A stretch of DNA of 64,000 bases from Amoeboaphelidium protococcarum X5 (lineage: Eukaryota > Fungi > Aphelidiomycota). The number at the start of each line of letters is the position of its first letter. Positions within the stretch are counted from its first letter, which is position 1. The DNA is taken from contig JALDTO010000215.1 in assembly GCA_023515725.1 (NCBI GenBank), forward strand, positions 1-64,000. The letters are read 5' to 3'. The translations under genes and the position numbers were made by a program. This document shows positions 38,378 through 51,100 of the stretch, piece after piece. The notes under the pieces are model-generated. The model saw nothing but the letters and a program-made list of their open reading frames with translations. It did not search any database and had not been told where the DNA came from.

Positions 38378-39988
38378 ATGTCTATTGATCAGATTTCAAA
38401 GGCAGTTTGGTAGAATGATTTAAAAAAATTAAATGATCTACTGTAATAGGATAATCTTGAATTTTATGATCAGAGTCGCATCGATCTTAATGACTGGGAT
38501 AGCCGAGGCAATAGTCCACTCCATCTAGCGCTGATGCTAGGACGGATTCAGGCTGCGTAAATTCTGATATAGAACGGATCTAAAGCCAATGCATTGAATG
38601 CAGACAATAGTTCTTGCTTGGACGAGGCTATATGCTTGGGGAATCGGTAGTTGATAGCTGAGCTTTGGAAACGGAGCTGGTTGGAGCATTTGAATGATTT
38701 TCGTAATGATGCAATTCTGGTGTCATGTTTATAATCTATCGCTGATTTTGACATGGAAATATGCGTTAAATTGAAAAGTAAAATACCTGTACTGGCTCAA
38801 GTCTGCCCCAAGGAGACAATACTTGTTAGTAAGAGACGTGACATGTTGCAAGTACAATGGACCATATCAAAGATAAAAGGTGCCAGAATTAGCCGTGCGA
38901 AAATGTCCTTGATCATTAGAAATAGAAATGGTCAAACTGAAGCTATTATTATAAATCATGACGCAAAATAGTATTCGAATTTACTACCAAATGTTTCCAC
39001 TGGTGTACTACATTCAGGGGTTGACAATTTCATGTCAGAAGGCGTGGTAAAGAACGAGTTTACTTTTAATGACTTCGTGGTGGAGCCAATTTTGGCGGCG
39101 AATAGTGGCGCTCAATTTCAAAAAAAGTTGAAACATGGTGGGTGGAATACTGTTAGATATACCGTTAGTAATCTAGGCTGTATTCAAAGCTAAAGATCAC
39201 CTGCTGATATAGAATAAGAATATGAAGATTGTGATAATTAATGCATGAATACTTTGAATGCTGATGAAAGCGTGGAGTAATAGCAAGTTTAGTCTCTAGA
39301 TTTACTAGCCGCGATTAGTGAAGATGATTTGGTTGCAGATTTAGATAGTCGGCTCTCTATTGAATCAATCACGACTGAACGTGCAGACTCTAACAATTCA
39401 GATGCGTATGTTCAAGAGGCGAATGAAAAGATCAAGGCTAAATTGCCTTCTTTAATGCAGAAATTGAAGCTAAAGTCTGAGTAGTTTAATGTTAGAAGAA
39501 ATGAAACTACTGATAGAAGAGTCGCAGAGAATCTCCACCCCGTACACATCAAGGATCTTGCAATTCCTTAATTAGAAATCTCTGAAGCTGAGTATTTTAA
39601 TTAGTAGTAGTAGTAGTAAGATGACTTATCCTAAATTGGCTAAACATGTTCTATAGGGCGACGTTGTATATACAGACAATAGCAGTATGTGAAGCCCCAT
39701 CCGGTCACAGTCTACATGAGTAAGGATTTCCCAATGGATATCGCGTAGTTGAGACCATTATTATATTTCATCCTTCGCGATTACTGTCAGAGTGAGAAGG
39801 AGTTGAATGAGTTCCTGGGCAAGTTTGGCGAGGGATTTCCCGTGAGAATTGAAGTTCCTATAAACTCCATTCTGCTGATGAAGGCATCAGTTACGCGTTT
39901 CACTTAGAAGAACTTGCCGGCTGTCTCTAACAATATGCCTCCACCTGATTACAAAGAGGGAAACATATTGCCAATTGTAGAGTTTTGA
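38378..39988 (+). CDS. ANKRD13-family ankyrin repeat protein
   Basis: DSRGNSPLHLALMLG, LDEAICLG, KSKIPVLAQVCP, VYMSKDFPM, GEGFPVRIEVP; contains a poly-Gln tract written TAG x5 TAA. Confidence 0.8.
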
Positions 39989-40252
39989 AAACTGTTTGAA
40001 AAATACTGTTGTTTTGCTCATACTTATATATTAACTGTAATGTTTTAATCCCACATTTACTCTTTATTCTTCTACCAACTACAAGTCACGAGCCACCAAG
40101 GCCGTTCTCTCGCACTCTATCTCTCTCCATTAGCTCGTTCTTCATCGTCTTTCAATTTCATCGTTCCTTTCACAGTAGTATCTTTGCCAATATATTATCA
40201 ATATTTTAGAAGAGCTATATAAAGCAGAGAATATATAGAATTTATTCTGGAA

Positions 40253-41201
40253 ATGGATGAACAAGATCAAGCTCCACCACCTAAATTTGAGATTACTGAA
40301 TTGACTGAGGATTCTATGAAATTCACATTGTCCCATGCTAATATTCCATTGGCAAATGCTCTGAGGAGAATAATGACAGCAGAGGTACCCACGATGAGCA
40401 TAGATCTGGTGGAGGTGGAGAATAATACATCGTGTCTACCCGATGAATTTATTGCGCATAGACTGGGCTTGATTCCTTTGATTTCACACTCTGCTGAATA
40501 ATTTAGATACACACGCGTAAGATTTACTACTGTTTATGAGTTACTTGATTAACACACACACACCTCATGTATACTGTATGTATCGATAAGTGTAGGATTG
40601 CGAATGTTTAAATTCTTGCGTGAGATGTGCTGTGGAATTTAAATTACATGTCAAGTGTACAGATGATCATGAAATTCGCCAAGTGACGAGCAGAGATCTT
40701 CTCTCAATGAATCCAAACGTTGTACCAGCTCTGTAGAATGATGAAGATCCTGGCATTCTAATCACCAAGTTGAGGAAGGATTAGGAGTTGAATATTAAAT
40801 GCATAGCCAAAAAGGGCATTAGTAAGGAGCACGCTAAATGGTCTCCAGTGTGTGGTGTCACGTACGAATATGATCCAGATAATCTTCTGCGGCATGTAGA
40901 CTATTGGGCTGAGGAAGATGCGCGCAGCGAGTGGCCCAAGAGCGCGTACTCTGACCCGAATCTACCTCCGAATCCACCGTATGATCCCAATGCAAAGGCT
41001 ACCAAGTTCTACTTCAGCTTTGAGACTGTTGGCTCTCTGCGACCAGAGGAAGTTGTCCAGTCTGCCATCAAAGTGTTGTCGAGCAAGTGCGGAGTTATTA
41101 TTAATATACTCGAGTAGGAGGTGTCTGCTGAAGCTGAGTAGGCCAGACGAACTGCTGCCCATTAAGCGTAAACTGGTGCTTATTCTCAACACTTACGCTG
41201 A
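40253..41201 (+). CDS. RPB3: RNA polymerase II subunit RPB3, intron 40517-40595
   Basis: ANALRRIMTAEVPT, DEFIAHRLGLIPL, RDCEC..C.RC, KLRKDQEL (Q = TAG), AKKGISKEHAKWSP. Confidence 0.95.
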
Positions 41202-41329
41202 ATTATAATATTGAAGCGGTTGATACAATAGCCGGTACTACTAATGGTACTTGACATGTAGTTTCAATAAAATCAAGAATTTATTTATAATGAATTTTAA
41301 TTAAATCTATTTGATGCGCAGCAACGTAA

Positions 41330-42694
41330 TCATGCAAACTTAATGTTGGGGATCCAGCCGCGGAGTATAGACTTTTGATCTACAATACCTTTGGATAGGG
41401 GCGAGTCATAGAGCCATGTTGCATATATGACACACGCGCATCCCAGTATGAACATTACGCCAGTGTCCGCTGCGTCATCAGTAAATAAGAAGATGGATAC
41501 CACACAACTGATGATGATCGATATAGAGGTTGCGAATCCTTTCAAAATATTATCCGCATACTTGACCACCATGGCCACCAGAAGACCACCAGTTGCCTGC
41601 GCAGTAATAACAAGCCACGTAAAGAAGTTGTAATTCTAAAAGAATCCATCTTCACTAATCCTCTCACCATCTTTAGTATAACAACCGACCAGTGCAAAGA
41701 TTATACTAAAGAATGCCAGTTAAATATTGCGCTCCCAAATGGTTGGCGGTAACTTTTAGTTGGTGACCGACAGCGGAGATTATTGTCTAGAAGATTACTA
41801 CGATGATGATGATACTGATGAAGCCGCCTGTGGTGATAACATACCATTGCTTACATTATCATCACTATCGTGCGCTTTATTATTGCTATTATTGCCGAAA
41901 GCGAATTATTACTAATTCTATACTTAATGTTGTTATTGAGACGGTTAGGCAGCAGTAGGCTTCTTCAAAATCTTTTCAAAATACACACCAGCTATACCGC
42001 TGAGACAGCACGCAGATAATACAGCGAGTAGACCGATGAATTTATTTCCAACTTGTACTTTACTGCTATTATCAGTTGCAGAAGTGGATGATGATGATGA
42101 TGGCATCTGTACAAGAGCTACTCCAAAGGTGAGTATACACAGAGACACCCATTGGATGCCACCAAGTCTGCGACCGAGCATCAGTACACTGAATAGAGCA
42201 GTGGTGAGAATCTTGAGCTGATATGTGACTTGGAATGTAGCAGCATCCAAATTACTCACCGCCAAGTACTGCAGATTATTCTAAATGGTATACAGAGTGG
42301 CTGGAATGGCGAGTTTCCACGCCTCGCTCTCAACTGAAAATAGTTTACTAAGCCATTATCGCACTAGTTTGTACAATGATGATCTTTGCCTCCATGCACT
42401 ACCGCTTCCATTACCAATACTGTTACCGTTATTATTATTACCATTATTGGTAGACAAGCTCGTCTCATAGCTCAATCTTTTCATCTACTACAACTCCAAT
42501 CGGATGAACACCACAACACAGATGATCAGCTTCATCAGCTCAGACATGAACACCGCAGTAGATGATAGATAGAGCGGCTTGGGCAGAGTCCTGCTATATC
42601 GCATCATCAGGATGAGGAAGCTATTCTGAACAGACAGTGTGACCAGAGAGATTGAGCGCAGAGACACTCCATAAAACGACTACTCTGCTGCCAT
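41330..42694 (-). CDS. SLC35A nucleotide-sugar transporter (UDP-Gal/UDP-GlcNAc type)
   Basis: [73 protein letters not shown]. Confidence 0.92.
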
Positions 42695-43054
42695 TGTTGC
42701 TTTTACTCAATATTAAAAGGCTGACACTAAATTTATTGATTATAAATGCCAATGGGAAAGAAATGCGACTAATGTCCACCAGAATTATAAACCGCAGAAT
42801 TGATAATGAAATTAAAAGATGAAGCTCCTCTCCACCTCCTCTTCCTCTTCATGAAGAGAGGTTTTCAAGCTGCGGCGCGTTAAAAATCGTGAAATATCGA
42901 GCGCTCAACGGCGATCGATTTCTCTCCTCGTCGATGTGAACTGCACGAGTTATGGACCATCTCTGCTGATGCGGGGGAAATAAAGCTACCAGAACATCTA
43001 AATAAAAAACAAGTAACAGCTTATTGTCCATGTTCAATTACTCTATTTGAATTA

Positions 43055-44515
43055 TCATTACGTTTAAAATGACGAGACAAAATATTAACACCACTTTTAA
43101 AGTTTAGGCGAAGATTACGCTACTAACAACTATAACTACTCAAGGTGATGATTGAGATCTGCTGCCAAAATCTGATCTTTTCTCATAGGCAGCTACGACA
43201 CAGAGCGGAGATTCACAATATCAGAATACTTAAGTAAAGTCAATGACCTGTAGAATTAAGAACAACAGCATAGCCAGACGCACAGGAGAAACTTGACATA
43301 GAGCTGCTTCTTTTAGACACCGATCGAGTTGAGACGCGATTAATCAATTGTGAAATCCACTTGACTTAATAAACTGTGATCAAAATACAGCATTTCGTTT
43401 ATATATTGATACCATGGTAGGCACACGAATTGAGCCATATTTACAGACTTATTAGGGATCTTGGCTTATGTGACGCTGCGCACTGTATATAGAACGTCAA
43501 AATGCAACGCATCATCATAACCAGTTATGGACTATCCAATGATTCGATCCAGTTTAATTAAAAGATTATTCATCTCAAAGCTTACTGGACTGAGTAACGC
43601 GAGATTGCTCTTTTAATATTGCACCTGGCATTAAAGACACCAGACGATACTAGACGCGCGATTTAGCACAGATAGGTAACCACATTGTTGACATAGCTCA
43701 AGATTAGCGGGATCAATGACTCGCGAAGCACATAGATCACACTAGCAATTAAATCCCTTCTTTCTACATGCAATCTATCGATCTTCAAATAACTAAAATT
43801 CCATATCATGGTATGAAATAGTTAATTCCTCCTCAGGCTCTATCGCCGTGAGTGATCGAAGCAGTATATACACGCAGTCATCATCTTCGTTGTATTCCAA
43901 GTCCACTTCAGCATTAGGGATACACGAATGCTACATCATGGATGAGACTATGCCGACAGCTATCAGTTCCTCTTCATCGTTATACTCACTAGTAGAATAT
44001 AATTCTACCAACTATGAGCCAGCGACATCAGAAAGCCGTCTTGAATGACAATTGGTCTCTACTATCATTAGAATCTTCTTAATTGTACTAGCAGAAATTT
44101 AATTAAAATTAAATTGCTCTTTATTAAGGATAGACGCGATAATATCTGATTAATTTGCCAGAAACGGCTCGACCTCCGGATCCTCACTCTTCGCCACATG
44201 GCTTTCCACACCATCAGTGCTCAACGTATTATAAGCTGTTTCTGCGTCGTGATCACCATACGTACTTGATAAAATCCAATTAACAACAAGGCGAAGAGTA
44301 TCACGCTCCAGCTCAGTAACATCATAAAGAGTTTGCACAATGGTGTCGACGCGTCTTCTTTCATCAGGATCGCGTTTAGGCAAGGATGTCAATGCTGTCC
44401 TCTCTCGCAGTATTACCTGGCCAGCAGTGAAGCTTTACTCTGCCACTAGATATCTCTAAGCAGTCTCAGCACAAGTCTTGACTGACACCAGTTTACCAAA
44501 TGAATTTTGCACCAT
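43055..44515 (-). CDS. SET-domain (SMYD-like) lysine methyltransferase, ~486 aa
   Basis: RYLVAEQSFTAGQVILRE, SMMQHSCIPNA, EEELTISY, post-SET GFNCQCDLC, extra CxxC pairs; mostly absent from the ORF track. Confidence 0.8.
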
Positions 44516-44992
44516 CTCAGAGATGTGAATTGCTAGTAACTAAGCGATTTTCTATCAAAGTAACGCGATCAAGAAATACGGTCAAAATCTGCTTGATTGG
44601 CAAAGTTAGAGACTGAATGGAGTAAATTAAGGTGTATTAGGAGTTTAAAATATGAAATTTCTTGAAGAGCTATAGCGTGTGCTAAATATCAAGTATAGTG
44701 CGTGGAATCATGATGAACGTGTTAACCACAGTGGTGACGCTTCATGGTGTTTCCGTAATCAGTCAGTCTCAGTCACTCATCGAAAGATGAGCGCGTTTCA
44801 GACCAGACTGTTTCAACATTCAGTCAGTCAGTCAGTCAGATTTTGATGAAGAATATCAATGTTGTCTTTCGCCGAGTGGAGTGGAGTTACAGCCTTGTTT
44901 ATAAAGCTTTACCGAGTCGAAATCACAGGTATAAAATACCAAAGCCCCATCATATAATCAGCGTTTGAAGTGGCGTATATTAAAGAACTGTA

Positions 44993-46006
44993 ATGTCTGC
45001 TGGTAAAGATTTAGAGAGTGGTAGTGGGACGCGCTCTTTAGTTGTCACAGAGACCTACTCTAGCCATGTCGTTATGCTTGTCGTGATGAGTATCCTGTCT
45101 TCTGTCCTCCTGATATTAGGCAACAAGTATTTACTGGTCACTTACTAGTTCAATTATGTGCTGACATTGTCTGCATGCCATTTTCTGTTCACCTCCATAT
45201 TCACTAGAGTCTACGGCCGGATGGGATACTTTGAGCCAAAGAGAACCGTCCCGTAGCAAGTTATCACACAGATGGCCTTATTTGGCGCCTCCTCTATTGT
45301 ACTGATGAACTTTAATCTCAAAACCAATTCTGTTGGGTTTTATCAGCTAACTAAATTAATGTGCATTCCATACATGGTGATATTCAACAGAATCGTTCAT
45401 GGAAACAAGGTGTCACTGGAAATGGCCCTCTCACTGCTGTTGATTCTCTCAGGAGTCGGCCTTTCCACACTGTCTGAAGTTGAGCTTAATTTTATCGGCT
45501 CCGTTATAGGTGTCCTATCAGTCGTGGTAACTGCGTAGTTTCAGATCTGGTAGGGATCCAAGTAGAAAGAGTACATGCTGAATCCACTACAAATTACAGA
45601 CATTATCATGCCCACATAGTTGATGGTTACCGCCACTTTTGCTATACTGTTTGAATTTAATCCGCTCTTACTACAGTGCCCAGTTCTAGATTTTGAATGG
45701 TCCATGTAGTTGAGTTACAGCATACTGTTGACATGCGTGGCTGCGATTGCTGTGAATATTCTGACTTACGCCTTGATTGGGAAAACGTCAGCGGTAACTT
45801 ACCAGGTGGTTGGTCACTTGAAGACTATTCTCACGTTAATGGGCGGCTATTATCTGTTCCCTCAAAGTATGCCCACGAATGTGTATGGCATCGTGATTGC
45901 TCTCATTGGAATATTTCTGTACAGCAACATTAAAGGATCGCCGATGGGTCGATCATCTCTGTGTCAGTTGACTGGGGCAGAAAAACTTTGGACACGAGAG
46001 GTTTGA
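44993..46006 (+). CDS. SLC35E3/UXT-like nucleotide-sugar (TPT family) transporter
   Basis: ILGNKYLL, NLKTNSVGFYQLTKL, IGKTSAVTYQVVGHLKT. Confidence 0.88.
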
Positions 46007-46358
46007 TCTGGTGATGGTGTAAAGTGATCAGTCTTTTTTATATATTGATATTTAGCAACGTAATTTATTCATTTAATATACATATGGCTATGTGCATTAC
46101 AGTGTTACTAAACATTTTCTGAATCTCACGTCTCATGTTGTTGTTATCCAAAAAGAGTTCTTTATATTGATGTACTGTACGGTAGAAAGACGATCACTTG
46201 AACGAGTAACTGAGCTAAATCGATCTTTGCAATTGCAGCAGAGCAAGTAACTATGGCTGAAAGTTAATTATAAAATGTCTCAGACATGAGATAAATATCA
46301 TTTTTATTATTATTTGAGAATGACACATATCGACAAACTACAACTTACTGGGACAAAA

Positions 46359-47363
46359 TCATCTGCTTTTTGTGGTTACAATAGAGGCAATCTTCAGAGT
46401 AAAGGTCATTATCTCATCCTTTAACACGAATAATAGAGCCTATGTCAACACAGCCTTGATAATCTAAGCTTCCATCCCGCGATACATTCCAGCCGGACCT
46501 TCCTCTCTTACAGCTTCAAATAGGATACCAAGAGCGGATTTCTTGGACATTTCAGCCTTCTTCTACTTGGAAGTCTGAGCTTACAATCTAGTCTTGGCCA
46601 TGATGTAAGGATAGGTGACCATAGTGGCTATAGTCTTACACATCATCCCAATAAAGAAGATGTCCAGCGATGACAATGGTTAATCGCCTCTAAACTTACT
46701 CAGTGCAGACTTGAGTTTCTCAAAAAGTCCATAAGTTATGGCAGGATTCACAGTGAGGATCAAAGCTGGCCTGATTCCACTCCATAAACCTTGGACACCG
46801 TCCTCTTTGATAATACTGAGAGCGGTGGCAAGAATATTCTACGCTTTAGAGGAAACTTGCTGGTGAGTGGTAATCACAGATATTGGGATGGTGATCAGCT
46901 AAGCACATCCACCAGCCATAGCACCAACCAGCAGCTCAGTACCAACACCCAATTAATGCTTCGGATCCGTACTTAATCTTAGCGCCCTACCCCGAATGAC
47001 AGAATACCACCAGAAATAGGCAAAGTTGGTGAAGAAAGTGCCCAGAACGGCTGACGGAAGACCATTGTAAAGTTTAAGAAGTTTCTACACAGTGACACGC
47101 TTGTCAACATCACCACCGCGGCCAGCAGAGGTGAACTCTTCCCCACCATGCAGAATCTCATCCACAGCCCGTCGAATGTCATCTATAAAGTTGGATACCT
47201 CCTGAGATGATCCCGCCGCCGCCGCTGCTGCTGTTTATCCATTCTATTTACGCTGTTACACTTGCAATCTGGTTTTAGTAATGTCCAGAGGATAGCAGAT
47301 AGACAGAGCAAGACTAGCTCCGACAGAGCCCGCAAAGGCATTAAACAAAGCGCTATCACTCAT
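46359..47363 (-). CDS. Mitochondrial carrier family protein, peroxisomal adenine nucleotide transporter type (ANT1/PMP34-like)
   Basis: YPLDITKTRLQV, FAYFWWYS, IRPALILTVNPAITYGLFE, TYPYIMAKTRL, KAVLTQALLF. Confidence 0.85.
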
Positions 47364-47623
47364 ATTGCTCACTTTCCGTAACTACTAAAATAAATTCTGA
47401 ATGACTTTTGCAAAAGTTGACGTTGTCTCAACCGCAGTACGAAGCAAATGGGTTTCTTATTCCGGTGCAAAAAGCAAATAGAGACAGACTGAACAGGCAA
47501 AACAGAGCGTTGGAAAGCCCGATCGGTATTTTGAAGCGGCTGATGTGGGCATCGTCAGTCGGAAAAGGTTAGACAGGTTAAGTAAAAAAAAGAGGGGGGG
47601 GGGAGACCATCCCAAGTATGGCC

Positions 47624-47933
47624 ACATCTTCACGATGCAGGAACTCGATCCAGAGCGAGGACATCTTCACGATGCAGGAACTCTTTCACAGAGCGAGGAA
47701 CTCTTTCACAGAGCGAGGGACTCTTTCACAGAGCTAGGAACTCTATCCAGAGCGAGGACATCTTCACGATGCAGGAACTCTTTCACAGAGCTAGGAACTC
47801 TTTCACAGAGCGAGGAACTCTTTCACAGAGCGAGGAACTCTTTCACAGAGCGAGGAACTCTTTCACAGAGCGAGGGACTCTTTCACAGAGCTAGGAACTC
47901 TATCACAGAGCGAGGACATCATCACGATGCAGG
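47624..47933. repeat. Minisatellite of ~20-bp units (GAGGAACTCTTTCACAGAGC) interspersed with ACATCTTCACGATGCAGG variants
   Basis: About 15 head-to-tail units visible directly; no unique spacers. Confidence 0.9.
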
Positions 47934-48106
47934 AGCATTGTCGCCAATGCGGAAATTCTCGATAAGAAAAAGGAGGAAGAGAAGAGGAGTGAACCAAGAG
48001 TCGATGGGAATGTGTGGAGGTGTGAACAAACAAACAAAGCAACATTAAACAAACAAACTAACTCGGCAGCGACAACGACGCAGCGCACAAGACAATGGAC
48101 AGGTAT

Positions 48107-51100
48107 ATAATAATAATGTAATCTATATAACACACTCAATTCACTTTTATCCGAGAACACAGCAATATTTGACTCTTCCAGAGGAGCTTTCTTATCACTG
48201 TCAATTGGCTATAGCCAAAAGGAATATCCAGCAACGTCCCGGACATGCCGACCAAGAGGTTCAGTTCCTGTCGACCCACGACGTAGAGCGGCTCAGCGAC
48301 GCAACGCGACGGGGCGGCTCATAACTGAGTCTGCTATCCGTCTTCCTAGTCAGGTGGTTTTCTCTTCTTGCATCCTTCAACTTTACGCGTCTCAAAGTCA
48401 TGGCTGTTTATATCGGGCCTTCGCATCTTTATTCGAATATATATAGGTGGTCTGGTCGCAGGTGTGATCTTGATTTTCTTGATGCAACTTTGTGTTTCGA
48501 CCCGCTTTCTTTTAACATTAATCTTGTTTGTGACAGTTTGTTTCGTGATATGAATTTTGCCATTGGACTGGCTGGCTCTGTATCTCGAGTGTTTGAAGGT
48601 TATAGTTTTCAGGTTTTTGGTTATATTTTGGTTTCTAGTCTAAAGTTCCTCGTTTCTGTGGCACCAGATATTCTTATAGATGGCCGAGTATAGACAATCG
48701 CACGCGTATCGTAGCCAAGTTAGTGCGTGCGAGTTGTTAATTGTAGTTATCGCTTGATGCAGATCGTTGTCAGTTATTATCATATTGTGGATGTTGTGCG
48801 CGCCAAACGTGGGTGTATCGAGTTTCAGCAGATTTATGAGCGTTTGAGGTGGAGGCATTTATATATTTTGAAGTTTCCTCCAGTGTCGACTTGTCAGCTT
48901 TCTGGTTTGTAGTATCGCAGTCCATTCCTTGATTATGTCTTCTTGCACTGAGATAGTGTGCGGACATTTTAGGATGTGTTCATGTGTCTCTTCGTTAAGA
49001 TTGCATCTAGGACATAGGGTGGAGCCATATTCTAATTTAAATTCTCTTAATACATCTAATGTCGGCAGTGTCTTGTGCAGAAATTTTATTCTGAATGCTA
49101 TTTCTTTAGTGTTAGATGCATCCAGAATGTTTTCTGAGTCTAGACCTTACGTTGCAGTGGTAATTGTGCTCTACACATTGATGTCGTCTATATTCTGATG
49201 AAGACCAACTATCTGGAGAGTGCATTGCTTTTTCATATTCTCTAAGTGCATGATTTTGATATGGCGACCAGGGTAGAATTAAATAGGCCTATTTTGCCAG
49301 TGCATCAGTTTGATAGTTATGTGGTGAGCTTAAGGAGTATATTACATGGTGCGATCTTGACTAGCCGCAGCTTTTGCATTTTCCATCATGTCCTTGTATA
49401 AAGATTGATTGCGGCATTCTTCGAAGCTAGGAGTAAACTCAAACTCTTTAAATAGATTGCCAATACTGTGTAGGATATCGTGATTGTCTTATTTAAAGAA
49501 TGATCTAGAGGGAGTCTTCATTTCAGCGTTGGAGCAAATGAGTTTACTCGTAGTTGAGTCGATTCCAGTAATTTCGATGACCTGGTTTCTCTTAAGCTGG
49601 TTCACGGTGACATAGATGCCCATAAGCTGGGCTCTCTGCTTGGTACCGAATGTAGTCTTGACTTGAAACGCGTCAGTTTAAATTTCTTCGCACGTGAACA
49701 TATCCTCTGTAGTCCAGGCTATTCCTATGCGAGAGTCCTTCATCTAGTGGACCGCTATAACTATAGATACATGTGAACTAATCGCTTGCTTCTGTATTAC
49801 GTCTTGCTTTTCTTTACCAGATATTTCTCTAATATTAAAGCTTGCATTAATGTTATCAAGCTGTTCTATGTCCATATCGTAACAATGACTACTTAGAATA
49901 CTTCTATACCACAGCGGAGTCTAAAATTCTTATATAAGTTTATCTCTAAGCTTAGCATTCTTGCAATTGTCAGCCAGTTGAGCAAACGGTATTGACGTTC
50001 TAGGATTTGTCGGCAGTCTTATATCGTTGATACTTTTTATCTACAATTATTCGTAGATCCTACAGTGCGTATTGTAATCTTCAGCAGGAATCCGTTCGAA
50101 GAAGGAGTTATGCTTTAGACTGTAGTCCTTTACAGATAGGCCATGCTTTTCCAGAGTTTTCGCAATTCCCACAAGATAGTATCCTGTGATTCCTTTTAAT
50201 TTCTTGGATGGGAATCTTTCAGTGATACAGTACTCCGATTTGATTTTCGATTAGATGGCAGAGAGCATGATTTTTATCATTTGGGATTAGTTATTATCAC
50301 GATTGATCCATACTATAAAGTCGTTTAGAGCCCTTCTTTCCCTGACCATACCTAAATTCTGGAGATTAAAGTTATACCATTAACAGTATAGAATTTATGT
50401 AGCAGCTGTACGAGGTAGTTCTGATTTTTGCTTAATAAGGCTCCTAATTTTGGAATCCCATTAGGCGATTTTGGTGTCTGAAACGTTTGAGAGCTATAGT
50501 TAGTATGCAATAAGCGGAATTATTTTGCAATTGACGATGTATACATCTTAAATGCCACGAGTTTACTATCCTCTCATTGAACGAAGGCAGAGATTGAGAC
50601 TTTAATTTGCTAACTTAGTAGCCTTTGTAGTTGACTTTACCAATGACCATTTCGCTCCCAAGTATCTGACCACTTCAGTCTTCCCTATAATCTAATCTAT
50701 AATCTATCCATTGATTTTTAAAGTTGGCTTACTCTGTTAGGTGAAGCTGATATTTGTGTGCACATAGCTTTTCTTGGCATTCACCTTCATTTAGTGGCAC
50801 TTCAGGAACGATCCAATCAAGTTTAGTTGCTTTTAGCAGTCCTCTGCAGTTTCACTGATTGGAGCCAAGTCGTCTGCGAATCCAGTAGAGGTAATTTTAA
50901 GGCTTTCATTGAACTAAAGTCCTTCTGTTTAATCTTCTATTGCGATTTATAGTGGGTCGTAGAATATAATAAATAGGATTGGAGACAATGCATCGCCTTG
51001 AGCCACTCCTCTCTCTGGCTTAAAAGGTTCAGTATGGCCTGCTACCGTTTAAATAGTAATCTCTCTTTAAACCAGTAGTGCCACTATTAGTTAGATCAGA

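Noticed and set aside
41330-46006. Glycosylation cluster (two nucleotide-sugar transporters) serving the secreted array
   Set aside because: Ordinary housekeeping genes interspersed with unrelated ones; there is no evidence beyond proximity
47624-47933. CRISPR-like repeat array
   Set aside because: Units are head-to-tail with no unique spacers, there are no cas genes, and the context is eukaryotic
47545-48048. 167-aa ORF over the minisatellite
   Set aside because: Openness results from a stop-free repeat; it starts at GTG and ends at TAA, which is not a stop here
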